The notes: generated from the sequence alone by a model not told the origin. 64,000 nt of DNA from a bacterium (GCA_023267595.1 JAHFNB010000004.1:182-64181); one strand, 5' to 3'; positions 27,654 to 37,540 are shown, numbered from the stretch's first letter. Made by a program: numbers and translations.

Positions 27654-28730
27654 ATGGATAAGAAACTCCGTGTAGCAATCAATGGATTTGGGCGCATTGG
27701 TCGTGCGTTTTTTAAAGTAGCGCTTGCACATCCAGACATTGAGATTGTCGCAGTGAATGACTTGGGAGACGTACATAATCTCGCATATCTTCTTCAGTAC
27801 GATACTGTATATCGCGTGTCTTCATTTGATGTGCACGCAGAGATACATGAGGAAAGTAAAGAGCAATATCTTGTTATCGAAGGTGATATAGATATGAAAG
27901 TAAAAGTGGTACAGGAAAAAGACCCTAACTTGCTTCCGTGGAAGAGTATGGAAATTGATGTCGTAGTAGAATCAACAGGACTTTTTACAACATATGATAA
28001 AGCACAGGCTCATATCACTGCAGGAGCAAAACATGTGGTAATCTCAGCGCCTGCAAAAGACGGAGTAGATACAACAGTACTTGGAGAGACCATTTTAATG
28101 GGGGTAAATGAAGAAAAGTTTGGTACATGTACTATAACATCAAATGCATCATGTACCACGAATGCCTCATCCCCACTTATTGCAATACTTGATGAGACAT
28201 TAGGTATTGAAAAAGCAATTTTAAATACAGTACACGCGTATACCGCATCTCAAAGTATTGTAGACGGACCAAATAAAAAAGATTTTCGTGAAGGTAGGGC
28301 TGCTGCACAAAATATTGTCCCATCATCAACTGGTGCAGCAATCGCAGTGACAAAAGCATTTACAAAACTAACGGGACTATTTGATGGAATATCTATGCGC
28401 GTACCAGTTCCTGCAGGTTCAATCGTGGATGTTACCTTTATTTCAAAAAAAGAAACGACTGTGGAAGAAGTAAATAAGATTCTCACAGAAGCCTCACGTA
28501 TAAATAGATGGAAAGATATTTTTACAGTTACAGAAGAAGAATTAGTATCTAGTGATATCTTAGGACTTCCGTTTGCATCTATTGCAGATCTCAAAATGAC
28601 GCGTGTAGTAGGGGGAAATTTGGTGAAAGTACTGGCGTGGTATGATAATGAAATGGGGTATACTCACACACTAGTCGCACACGTTTTAAAAGCAGGAAAG
28701 ACAATACAGACAGTAGACAGTAGACTGTAG
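27654..28730 (+). CDS. gap: Glyceraldehyde-3-phosphate dehydrogenase
   Basis: INGFGRIGR, NASCTTN, WYDNE. Confidence 0.97.
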   Translation: MDKKLRVAINGFGRIGRAFFKVALAHPDIEIVAVNDLGDVHNLAYLLQYDTVYRVSSFDVHAEIHEESKEQYLVIEGDIDMKVKVVQEKDPNLLPWKSMEIDVVVESTGLFTTYDKAQAHITAGAKHVVISAPAKDGVDTTVLGETILMGVNEEKFGTCTITSNASCTTNASSPLIAILDETLGIEKAILNTVHAYTASQSIVDGPNKKDFREGRAAAQNIVPSSTGAAIAVTKAFTKLTGLFDGISMRVPVPAGSIVDVTFISKKETTVEEVNKILTEASRINRWKDIFTVTEEELVSSDILGLPFASIADLKMTRVVGGNLVKVLAWYDNEMGYTHTLVAHVLKAGKTIQTVDSRL

Positions 28731-29127
28731 ACAACAGAGAATACAAGATTATGTCCTCATACAAAGATTTAATTGTTTGGCAAAAATCTTATAAACTTTC
28801 GCTTTTGATTTATTCAATTACCAAAAAATTTCCTAAAGAAGAAATGTTTGGATTAGTTTCTCAAATGCGCCGAGCAAGTGTATCTATTCCAAGTAATATA
28901 GCAGAAGGTAATAATAGGTTTGGTAAAAAAGACAATGCACAATTTCTTAGAATTGCTTATGGCTCTGCATCTGAACTTGAAACACAGTTATCAATTTCTA
29001 AAGATTTGAAGTTTACTTCAGATAAGGAGTATACTGAAGCATCAGGATTACTTTCTGAAATCATGAAAATGCTCTACACATTATTAGTTCGGGTCTCTAA
29101 TGTCTAATGTCTTATGTCTAAAGTCTA
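28707..29127. mobile_element. Putative cassette: four-helix-bundle gene between inverted heptamer arrays
   Basis: (YAGACAG)-like x5 at 28707-28741 and (ATGTCTA)-like x5 at 29093-29127; mobility is inferred, not shown. Confidence 0.5.
28751..29107 (+). CDS. Four helix bundle protein (23S rRNA IVP / Avd-like family)
   Basis: YKDLIVWQKS, FPKEEMFGLVSQMRRASVSIPSNIAEG, FLRIAYGSASELETQL. Confidence 0.95.
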   Translation: MSSYKDLIVWQKSYKLSLLIYSITKKFPKEEMFGLVSQMRRASVSIPSNIAEGNNRFGKKDNAQFLRIAYGSASELETQLSISKDLKFTSDKEYTEASGLLSEIMKMLYTLLVRVSNV

Positions 29128-29575
29128 TTTGGCTACTGATCACGCAGGATTTGAGTATAAGGAAGAAATAAAAAGTTACCTAGAAGAACACAACCATGAA
29201 GTTTATGATTGTGGAGCGCTTACCCTTGAGACAGGAGATGATTATCCAGAAATTATTGCGCGTGCTGCAGAAAAAGTACAAGATGATGCCAAGCATGATC
29301 CATCTATGGCAGTAATCTTCGGAGGGTCAGGAGTAGGAGAAGCAATTGTTGCTAATCGATTTCCACATGTACGAGCAGTTACCTTTTCTGGTGGTCCTCT
29401 TGATGTTATAAAAAAATCACGTGAAGATAATGATACGAATGTAATTTCAATTGGAGTGAGATTTGTGACAATTAATGAAGCAAAACAAGCAATTGATTTA
29501 TTTTTGGCGACACCTTTTTCACATCTTGAGCGTCATGCAGATAGAATTATTCAGATAGAAGAAGTTACACAATAA
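29114..29575 (+). CDS. rpiB: Ribose-5-phosphate isomerase B (Glu-type active site as in mycobacterial RpiB)
   Basis: LATDHAG, DDYP, GGSGVGE instead of CGTG, RH..RI. Confidence 0.92.
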   Translation: MSKVYLATDHAGFEYKEEIKSYLEEHNHEVYDCGALTLETGDDYPEIIARAAEKVQDDAKHDPSMAVIFGGSGVGEAIVANRFPHVRAVTFSGGPLDVIKKSREDNDTNVISIGVRFVTINEAKQAIDLFLATPFSHLERHADRIIQIEEVTQ

Positions 29576-29577
29576 TT

Positions 29578-30237
29578 ATGCAAATTACCCCCGCAATACT
29601 TCCACATAGTTTTGAAGAAATTACAGAAAAACTTTCACGTGTTGAGGGTCTTGTATCACGTGTACAAATTGATTTATGTGATGGTGTCTTTGGTCGTGAA
29701 AAGACATGGCTCCCAACAGGTACAGAGACACTACCACAAGGATTTTCTTATGAGTTTGATATTATGATAAATCATTGGAATATATATGTTCCATATTGTA
29801 TTGCTATGGGGGCTACATGTATCGTTGCACACATGGATATGTTTTCAGATGAAGATATAGCAAGCCTGGTATCTATGGTTTCTTCACAATCAATATCTCT
29901 TGGTATTGCAGTATCAAATGATAAGAGTGTTGATTTTCATGCAGAAATGGTACGAAAAACAAAAGAATTATATCCTCATGTATTTATTCAAATTATGGGT
30001 ATTAATAAAATAGGTGAACAAGGACAATTTTTTAATGAAGAGACTCCGGAGCGTGTAAAGGAAATGAAAAAAAGATTTGGTGATATGGTAGTACAAGTAG
30101 ATGGTGGTATAAAACCGGACAACGCAAAACTTTTAAGTGATGTAGGAGTGGATGCACTCGTAGTTGGTTCATATATTTTTGGAAGAGATGATGCAGGAGC
30201 ATCACTTGAAGAACTTAATCTAGCAGTTAGTTCTTAA
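29578..30237 (+). CDS. rpe: Ribulose-phosphate 3-epimerase (divergent)
   Basis: ITPAIL, QIDLCDG, QVDGGI, VVGSYIF. Confidence 0.85.
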   Translation: MQITPAILPHSFEEITEKLSRVEGLVSRVQIDLCDGVFGREKTWLPTGTETLPQGFSYEFDIMINHWNIYVPYCIAMGATCIVAHMDMFSDEDIASLVSMVSSQSISLGIAVSNDKSVDFHAEMVRKTKELYPHVFIQIMGINKIGEQGQFFNEETPERVKEMKKRFGDMVVQVDGGIKPDNAKLLSDVGVDALVVGSYIFGRDDAGASLEELNLAVSS

Positions 30238-30288
30238 TCTCTGTGTATTAACTATTTTCTACTGTCTTCTTTCTGATACACTGAGCAT

Positions 30289-31149
30289 ATGCATTCCCTC
30301 ACTGATGTAGAAGTACAAGCACTCACGTTACGTGCCGAAGATATACGTGAAAGTATTATAAAAATGCTTGTAGAAGCAGGAAGTGGTCATACTGCAGGAC
30401 CACTTGATATGACAGATATATTTACAGCACTTTATTTTCGTATTCTAAGGCATAATCCTCGTCATCCTGCATGGGCAGAACGTGATCGAGTTATTCTCTC
30501 AAATGGTCATATTGTTCCTGGATTATATGCAACACTTGCACATGCTGGATATTTTTCTGTATCTGAACTTAAGACACTTAGGAAGTTTGGTTCACGTTTA
30601 CAAGGACATCCACATCGTGAATCACTTCCTGGATTAGAGACAACATCTGGTCCTCTTGGGTGTGGGTTATCCCAAGCAATTGGGATGGCGCTTATGGATA
30701 GATTAGAAAATCATAAACCTGATAGATATTTTTATTGTCTCATGAGTGATGGAGAACTAGACGAAGGGCAGAATTGGGAATCTTTTTTATTACTTAATAA
30801 ATATAAACTTACAAAAGTGATTCCAATTATTGATAGAAATACTATTCAAATAGATGGATACACTGAAGACATTCTTCCACTTGAATCACTCAAAGATAAA
30901 TTAGAGAGTTTTAATTTTCATGTTATTGAAATAGATGGTCATAATTTTCGTGATATTGTACGTGCAGTTGGTGCAGCAAAAAGTAGTATGGATAAACCTA
31001 CAGTTATCATCGCACACACTATTCCAAGCAAAGGGGTACCTACATTTGAAGGAGATTATAGATGGCATGGTAAAGCACCGAGTGATGCAGAAGGGAAGGT
31101 AGCATTAAGAGAATTGCGTAGTATGCGAGGTAAAGTACAATATGATTAA
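30289..31149 (+). CDS. Transketolase, N-terminal (TPP-binding) subunit
   Basis: GSGH, DRVILSNGH, LQGHP, SDGELDEG. Confidence 0.93.
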   Translation: MHSLTDVEVQALTLRAEDIRESIIKMLVEAGSGHTAGPLDMTDIFTALYFRILRHNPRHPAWAERDRVILSNGHIVPGLYATLAHAGYFSVSELKTLRKFGSRLQGHPHRESLPGLETTSGPLGCGLSQAIGMALMDRLENHKPDRYFYCLMSDGELDEGQNWESFLLLNKYKLTKVIPIIDRNTIQIDGYTEDILPLESLKDKLESFNFHVIEIDGHNFRDIVRAVGAAKSSMDKPTVIIAHTIPSKGVPTFEGDYRWHGKAPSDAEGKVALRELRSMRGKVQYD

Positions 31150-31205
31150 AATAAAAATGTATAGGGTTGTATTTTCTACTACCTTTCACCTATCACCTAA
31201 TTAGT

Positions 31206-32192
31206 ATGTTAAGAGAAACATTATTTACAAGCAAAGAAGAAGAAAAGCCAACACGGGATGGATTCGGTGAGGGGCTTGTTAATGCTGGAAAGTTGGATGA
31301 TAGAGTTGTTGCATTGTGTGCAGATCTGACAGAGTCCGTACGAATGGATGCATTTCGTGTACAGTTTCCTTTACGATTTTTTGAAGTTGGTATTACTGAA
31401 CAAGCAATGTCAGGTGTTGCAAGTGGAATGTCATCTATGGGATATATTCCTTTTATGGCAAGTTACGCAATGTTTTCTCCAGGGAGAAATTGGGAACAGA
31501 TTCGTACGACAATTGCGTATAATAATCAACCAGTAAAAATAGTTGGTGCACATTCTGGTATATCAGTTGGGCCTGATGGTGCAACACATCAAGCATTAGA
31601 AGACATTGGACTTATGCGCATGATTCCAAATATGCATGTGTTTGTTCCGTGTGATGCAGTTGAAGCAAAGTTAGTTACAGAATACAGTGCAACGACCAAG
31701 TATCCAACATATATTCGTCTTACTCGTGAAAAGACTCCACTTATGTTACCTGAGTCACACAATTTTAATAATGGAAAATCCTATATCATGCATCTCGCAA
31801 AAATTAAAACAGGAGGTGAGTTTATCCATAAGGTTGGTGTGATAGCCTGTGGTCCGATTATTTATGAAGCATTAAAGGCAGCACGTGAACTTGAAAAGGA
31901 GGGGATAGGAGTAACTGTTGTGAATATGCCACAAATAAAACCGCTCGATACTGCTTTCTTACTTCGTTTTGTAAAAGATGTGAGATCAATTGTTACTGTA
32001 GAAGAACATCAAATATCCGGTGGACTTGGAAGTGCAATTACAGAATATCTCTCTCTACATCATCCAATACATATTGCACGCGTAGGAGTAGAGGATAGAT
32101 TTGGTCAAAGTGGAAAACCACAAGAACTTTATGAAGAATATGGCCTTACTTCAAAACATATAGCAGAAAAGATACGAAGTATTATTAGATAG
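31206..32192 (+). CDS. Transketolase, C-terminal subunit
   Basis: GITEQ, GPDGATHQALED, VEEH..GGLGSA, FGQSG. Confidence 0.93.
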   Translation: MLRETLFTSKEEEKPTRDGFGEGLVNAGKLDDRVVALCADLTESVRMDAFRVQFPLRFFEVGITEQAMSGVASGMSSMGYIPFMASYAMFSPGRNWEQIRTTIAYNNQPVKIVGAHSGISVGPDGATHQALEDIGLMRMIPNMHVFVPCDAVEAKLVTEYSATTKYPTYIRLTREKTPLMLPESHNFNNGKSYIMHLAKIKTGGEFIHKVGVIACGPIIYEALKAARELEKEGIGVTVVNMPQIKPLDTAFLLRFVKDVRSIVTVEEHQISGGLGSAITEYLSLHHPIHIARVGVEDRFGQSGKPQELYEEYGLTSKHIAEKIRSIIR

Positions 32193-33174
32193 TAGTTACT
32201 TTATAATTCTCCGGTGCTTTTTGTAAATATTCTTCTATTTTTTCTTGTGTGAGTAATCCTTCTTGTGCACCAACATGTTGTACAACATTCATACTGTTAA
32301 TAGGTGCGCGAGTAATTGCATGTTCCACATCTTTTCCTTGTGCTAGATATGCTATAAAGGTAGAAAAGAATGCATCACCGGCACCTGTACGTTCAAATGG
32401 TTTTGCAATATCTGGATAAATGGGCATATTCATATATTTATTTTCATTTTTTATAAAAGCACCATTATGACCATCTGTGATTATGGTAATTTTTGGCCCC
32501 ATATTTTGTAAGCCATCAAGTAATTCTTTTATATCTTTACCTTGTACATCAAGTAACAGTTCTGCTTCTTCTTTGTTTACACAAAGTATATCTGTTTCTT
32601 TGTATAAGGGAGCAAGTTCATCTTTTATACTAAGTTGAAATGTTCCTGGTTGAAAGGCTAGTTGTGTATCAGGATGAGAAGTCATGTAATTTGCAATTTC
32701 AAGATGTAATTCTTTGGCATGTTCACCGAGAGATGAAAGATATATCCATTTTGGAGTACCAATATTCGGTAATGATACAGTAAAATCAGTATGTTTTATA
32801 AGAATGGTTCTATCATCACCATGCCAGAGTACGTAATGGTAATTTGTACTTTTTCCTTTTTCTTGTGTAATAAATTGTGTAGATACTTTTTCTTGTTGTA
32901 ATTTATCTAGACACTCTTTTCCATGTTTATCATCTCCCAAAAAACTAACAAGTGCAGTTCTAAGCCCTAAGCGTGATGCAGATACAACAGCATTTGCACT
33001 ATTCCCAACTGCAGGAACTACAGTAACTGATTCATAAGGTACTTTTGCGCCATAAGGGAGACATAGTTGTGCGCCATTTGCAGATTCTTCGATATGACCA
33101 ATAGAAAGATGTATAAATGCATCGATAACAGTATCACCAATACCAATAAAATCAAGCGAAGAATCACTATTCAT
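32185..33174 (-). CDS. PfkB-family carbohydrate kinase
   Basis: GNSANA...SRLG, NKEEA, RTGAGDAF. Confidence 0.9.
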   Translation of the reverse strand: MNSDSSLDFIGIGDTVIDAFIHLSIGHIEESANGAQLCLPYGAKVPYESVTVVPAVGNSANAVVSASRLGLRTALVSFLGDDKHGKECLDKLQQEKVSTQFITQEKGKSTNYHYVLWHGDDRTILIKHTDFTVSLPNIGTPKWIYLSSLGEHAKELHLEIANYMTSHPDTQLAFQPGTFQLSIKDELAPLYKETDILCVNKEEAELLLDVQGKDIKELLDGLQNMGPKITIITDGHNGAFIKNENKYMNMPIYPDIAKPFERTGAGDAFFSTFIAYLAQGKDVEHAITRAPINSMNVVQHVGAQEGLLTQEKIEEYLQKAPENYKVTTI

Positions 33175-33218
33175 ATAGATGGTAGTTTACCACTAATGAT
33201 TTGGTATACTGTGTTGAT

Positions 33219-34109
33219 ATGAAGTCACTTACCCCTCAAAGCGAAGTTTATTTTGAAATGATTAATGAATACAAACAAGCAGGGAAGGCTATCGCACATT
33301 TCAATATTTCTAATCTTGATCAGGCACGCGCAATCGCAGATATTGCTCAGGAATTAAAGCAACCAGTAATAATCGGAGTAAGTGAGGGTGAACGAACATA
33401 TATGGGAGTAGATATGGTACGCCATATAGTTAATGAATTAAATCAAGAATATGATATTGCTATTTTCTTAAATGCAGATCATACATATTCTTTTGAAAAG
33501 GTAGTAGAAGCAGTAGAAGCAGGATACGATAGTGTAATTATAGATGGAGCAAAACTCCCTTATGAAGAAAATGTAGAATTAGTTAAGAAATGTGTAGATT
33601 ATGTACGAAATTATGAAGCAAAGAAAGCAAAACGAGTCTTGATTGAAGCAGAACTAGGATATATTGGGCAATCATCATCATTAAATAGTAGTCTTCCAGA
33701 AGGGGTAAGTGAAGCAAATCTCACAACTGCTGATCAGGCGAAAGATTTTATTATTCGTACTGGAATAGATATGTTTGCTCCTGCAATTGGAAATGTTCAT
33801 GGAATGTTAATTGATGCACCAGAACCAAAGTTACATATTGATAGATTAGAAGAAATTAAACGTGCAGTAGATGTACCACTTGTACTTCATGGTGCAAGTG
33901 GAAATACAGATGATGATTTGAAACAATCTATTGATGCCGGAATTGTAATTGTGCACATCAATACAGAAATACGCAAAGCATTCCGTGATGGAGAGAAGGA
34001 TTTTATGGAAAAAAATCCAAATGAAGTTGCAGGATATAAGTTTGGAAAGGAGGGGCAAGATGAAATGAAAAAAGTGGTGCGTGCAAAGATGGAATTGTAT
34101 TCTTCATAA
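33219..34109 (+). CDS. fba: Class II fructose-bisphosphate aldolase
   Basis: HFN, NADH, EAELG, IGNVHG, LVLHGASG, INTE. Confidence 0.92.
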   Translation: MKSLTPQSEVYFEMINEYKQAGKAIAHFNISNLDQARAIADIAQELKQPVIIGVSEGERTYMGVDMVRHIVNELNQEYDIAIFLNADHTYSFEKVVEAVEAGYDSVIIDGAKLPYEENVELVKKCVDYVRNYEAKKAKRVLIEAELGYIGQSSSLNSSLPEGVSEANLTTADQAKDFIIRTGIDMFAPAIGNVHGMLIDAPEPKLHIDRLEEIKRAVDVPLVLHGASGNTDDDLKQSIDAGIVIVHINTEIRKAFRDGEKDFMEKNPNEVAGYKFGKEGQDEMKKVVRAKMELYSS

Positions 34110-34111
34110 TC

Positions 34112-35002
34112 ATGAATAAACAAAAGTCAAAGATAGTTTTCTTTCTTGCAGCACTTCTCTGGGGAGCAAGTTATGCTTTTCAAAAACCACTACTTACTTT
34201 TATAGACCCTATTTCATTTACATTTTGGAATTTTCTTTTTTCTGGAATAGTTTTTCTTGTCTATGCACTTATTAAAAAGATTCCACTTACCTACAGATGG
34301 AGAGAGGGGATTATATTAGGTATATTTCTATCGGGAATGGAAATATTTGAAATGATAGGACTTAACCATACATCATCTGCAAATACAGTATTTCTTACAA
34401 ATCTCGGTATGCTCATTATTCCATATGTGAGTTTTTTGATATATAAAAAGAAAATAAAATTTGAAGATAACATTGCAATACTTCTTGCAATAGCGGGAAT
34501 GTACATGCTTGTTGGGGGACTCACTGGATTTAAGTATGGTGATGGTATTGTCCTTATCTCTGCACTTGCGAGTGCATTTTATTTCATTTACTCAGAACGA
34601 TTTGAAGGAGAAAAGAGTCATTATATTACAACGCTCTGTATTCAACAATTTTTTATTATCTCTATTATTTGTGCTATTTGGTGTATGTTTTCAAATATTT
34701 CGCTTACTGTTGTTCCAGAAATACGACTCACTGTGTTATGGCAAACAATAGCATTCACAACTATTCCTTTTGTAATTATTCAGTGGGCGTGTAAATGGGC
34801 AGACGAAATGATTGCAACTATTTATGATGGTGTTATCGAACCACTCACAGGTGCTATCTTTTCATGGATTATATTTCTTGAAGCAACAACAAAGATTCAA
34901 ATGTTGGGTGGTCTCATTATGATTTTCTCATTTGTATTTGCAGCAGTCTTTTCAAAGCGACATTACTTAGGACATTTTTTCCTACAAACATTTAAAAAAT
35001 AA
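34112..35002 (+). CDS. DMT/EamA-family transporter
   Basis: About 10 TM segments, LLWG, EP..G motifs. Confidence 0.85.
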   Translation: MNKQKSKIVFFLAALLWGASYAFQKPLLTFIDPISFTFWNFLFSGIVFLVYALIKKIPLTYRWREGIILGIFLSGMEIFEMIGLNHTSSANTVFLTNLGMLIIPYVSFLIYKKKIKFEDNIAILLAIAGMYMLVGGLTGFKYGDGIVLISALASAFYFIYSERFEGEKSHYITTLCIQQFFIISIICAIWCMFSNISLTVVPEIRLTVLWQTIAFTTIPFVIIQWACKWADEMIATIYDGVIEPLTGAIFSWIIFLEATTKIQMLGGLIMIFSFVFAAVFSKRHYLGHFFLQTFKK

Positions 35003-35025
35003 AGTGACCTCGCAGTTATGCGAGG

Positions 35026-35754
35026 TCAAATGTGTAGTTCTACTTCTTTCAAAAGCATCTGCATGAGGTTGCCTGCAGCAAAACGATCTGTATGTTTTCC
35101 TAGTTGCCCTTTTATTTCCAATTTTTGCAAAGTCTTTGAAAGTTCAGTTGCAAGAATCGAAAATTCACGAAGGGTTTCTTTTATTTTTCTGTCACGCTCT
35201 GGGTCTGGAAAGATGTTGAAGGTTTTTGCATTAACTATCCTGTCCCAGAATTTTATTTCAATTGCGGATGCCTTATGGCTTAAGTTCTTTTCTTCACGAA
35301 GAGTGATGAAGTAACGTGCGCGAAGTGCAGGATGTCTATGCTTTGTAATCAACTTGAGTATTTCTGCAACAGCATACCCAAAGTCTTTTCTTATTTTTTT
35401 TCTCATGATAGTGCGACGTCGCGGATTCTCTTCGTCTTCTATGTTGTCATGAAGAATTGTCGCAACAAGTTTTTTATATGTCATTCCACCACTTTCAATA
35501 CCAAAGTCTGCGACTTCAAGTGGATGAATGATATACGGTGTTGTTTTGTTCCACCGATATTGCCCTTTATGCCACTCTGCACTTAACTTGATAGCAAGGA
35601 TAACTTTTTCACCTTGCACTTTAGTGAAGTGAAGAGTAGTAAAGTCTATTACCTTTCTCACAATGTTGAAAATTTGTTCAAGTTCTTTTGCGTTTGTACA
35701 TGGTGTGAATGAGTCGATCTCACTCACGAGTAAAGCAATTTCCCTCGCATTCAT
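35026..35754 (-). CDS. Stand-alone HD-domain protein, SpoT/Mesh1-like small alarmone hydrolase
   Basis: HKGQYR, PYIIHPLEV, LHDNIED, IKFWDRIVN. Confidence 0.8.
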   Translation of the reverse strand: MNAREIALLVSEIDSFTPCTNAKELEQIFNIVRKVIDFTTLHFTKVQGEKVILAIKLSAEWHKGQYRWNKTTPYIIHPLEVADFGIESGGMTYKKLVATILHDNIEDEENPRRRTIMRKKIRKDFGYAVAEILKLITKHRHPALRARYFITLREEKNLSHKASAIEIKFWDRIVNAKTFNIFPDPERDRKIKETLREFSILATELSKTLQKLEIKGQLGKHTDRFAAGNLMQMLLKEVELHI

Positions 35755-35854
35755 AGTGAGACCTCATGATTTAGTTGACAGGAAACGTCTATCTTTACAC
35801 TACAATAATTTTTGCACCAAGTCAATTTTAGAAAAAGTATGGTAGAGTACATAC

Positions 35855-37069
35855 ATGTTATTTTCATTTGAGATAGAAAAAAAGTCAGAGGAGTTTCCTC
35901 TTGCACGTGTTGGCATTATTCATACACCACACGGTGATATTCATACACCCGCCTTTATTCCTGTGGGGACAAAAGCAACAGTTAAAGCACTTACCGTTGA
36001 AGAAGTAAAAAAATATGTTGGTGGAGAAGCAGTACTTGCAAATACGTATCATCTCTATTTACAACCAGGAGATGAAATAGTTAAAAAACATGGTGGTTTT
36101 GCAAAGATGATGAATTGGCAAGGTCCTACATTTACTGATAGTGGAGGATTCCAAGTATTTTCACTAGGACAAGCATTAGGTCATGGAGTAAGTAAAATTG
36201 CTACGAGTGAAGAAATTTCACAACGTGAGGCAAAAGAAGAAACAACCAATCATGAAAAATTAGCAGTGATAGATGATGATGGAGTAACATTTAAATCAGT
36301 GATTGATGGGAGTACTCATAGATTTACCCCAGAGATAAGTATGCAGATACAACATAAGTTAGGTGCAGATATCTTTTTTGCATTTGATGAATGTACATCT
36401 CCGCTTGCACCTATTGAATATCAACAAGAGGCTATTGCACGCACTCACTCCTGGGCAAAAAGATCACTTGATGAACATAAACGTCTAGGGGTATCAGAAT
36501 CGACAGGAAAGCAACAAGCACTATTTGGTGTAGTGCAAGGTGGAGCATATGAAACATTACGAAAAGAATCAGCCACAGTCTTAGGGAAATTAGATTTTGA
36601 TGGATATGGAATAGGGGGAAGTTTTACCAAAGAAGATATGGGAACTGCAGTAAAATGGGTAAATGAAATATTACCAGAGAATAAACCTCGACATTTACTT
36701 GGAATAGGTGAGCCATTAGATATTTTACTTGGTATAGAAAATGGAATAGATACGTTTGATTGTGTGGCTCCTACTCGTATTGCACGTAATGGTGCGATAT
36801 ACACAAAAGATGGGCGTATTAATTTGTATAATGCAATATTTAAAAATGATATGTCACCATTATCAGATGATGAATCGTGGTATACACATGGGTATACCAA
36901 AAGTTATATGCATCACCTATTTAAAGCAGATGAAATGTTGGCAAGTACACTTGCTTCAATACATAATTTAAAATTCTTGGTAACACTATGCAATGATGCA
37001 CGAGAACATATTATCAAAGGGACATTTAAAGAGTTTAAAGAATCTTTTATTAAACAATACTATGCATAA
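35855..37069 (+). CDS. tgt: tRNA-guanine transglycosylase
   Basis: TPAFIPVGT, NTYHL, TDSGGFQVFSL, VQGG, DTFDCVAPTR. Confidence 0.95.
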   Translation: MLFSFEIEKKSEEFPLARVGIIHTPHGDIHTPAFIPVGTKATVKALTVEEVKKYVGGEAVLANTYHLYLQPGDEIVKKHGGFAKMMNWQGPTFTDSGGFQVFSLGQALGHGVSKIATSEEISQREAKEETTNHEKLAVIDDDGVTFKSVIDGSTHRFTPEISMQIQHKLGADIFFAFDECTSPLAPIEYQQEAIARTHSWAKRSLDEHKRLGVSESTGKQQALFGVVQGGAYETLRKESATVLGKLDFDGYGIGGSFTKEDMGTAVKWVNEILPENKPRHLLGIGEPLDILLGIENGIDTFDCVAPTRIARNGAIYTKDGRINLYNAIFKNDMSPLSDDESWYTHGYTKSYMHHLFKADEMLASTLASIHNLKFLVTLCNDAREHIIKGTFKEFKESFIKQYYA

Positions 37070-37109
37070 AAAAGAGCGGCTGTTGCCGCTCACAAAGTCC
37101 ATAAAAATC

Positions 37110-37508
37110 TTATGAAGGATTTATTTCTTGCTGAGGATTGCCCTTCCTTCGACTCTTTGTGTGTGTGAGATACAACATGAGGCACACAAGGAGAATTACG
37201 AAGGCAAAAAACATAAAAAGCGCAAGTGGCGGACTCACTAACTTTAGAAGTATGTATCCCACAAGAAAGATGAGGACGAGTATGGCTAGTGTTTCTGCCG
37301 ATATTGTACCTACAAGTGAGAACAAAGCAGCAAGACTATTTTTTTGGTTTTTCTTATCTTGCCCTTCTTGTTTTTTGTAGAATGATGCATAGACGTACCC
37401 CATGATAATGAGAATAAGGCCAAGTGCTCCTACTTCTCCTTCACCATGTGTAAACCATGTGTAAAAAAACACACACAGAAACAAAGAAAATATAAGAATA
37501 TCTTTCAT
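37110..37508 (-). CDS. Hypothetical membrane protein
   Basis: GGAGG SD before ATG 37508; four hydrophobic segments. Confidence 0.6.
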   Translation of the reverse strand: MKDILIFSLFLCVFFYTWFTHGEGEVGALGLILIIMGYVYASFYKKQEGQDKKNQKNSLAALFSLVGTISAETLAILVLIFLVGYILLKLVSPPLALFMFFAFVILLVCLMLYLTHTKSRRKGNPQQEINPS

Positions 37509-37540
37509 GGTTCCTCCGAATAATGTGTAAGAACAACATT

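Noticed and set aside
28751-29107. Diversity-generating retroelement
   Set aside because: Avd-like fold only; no reverse transcriptase or TR/VR pair seen in the window.
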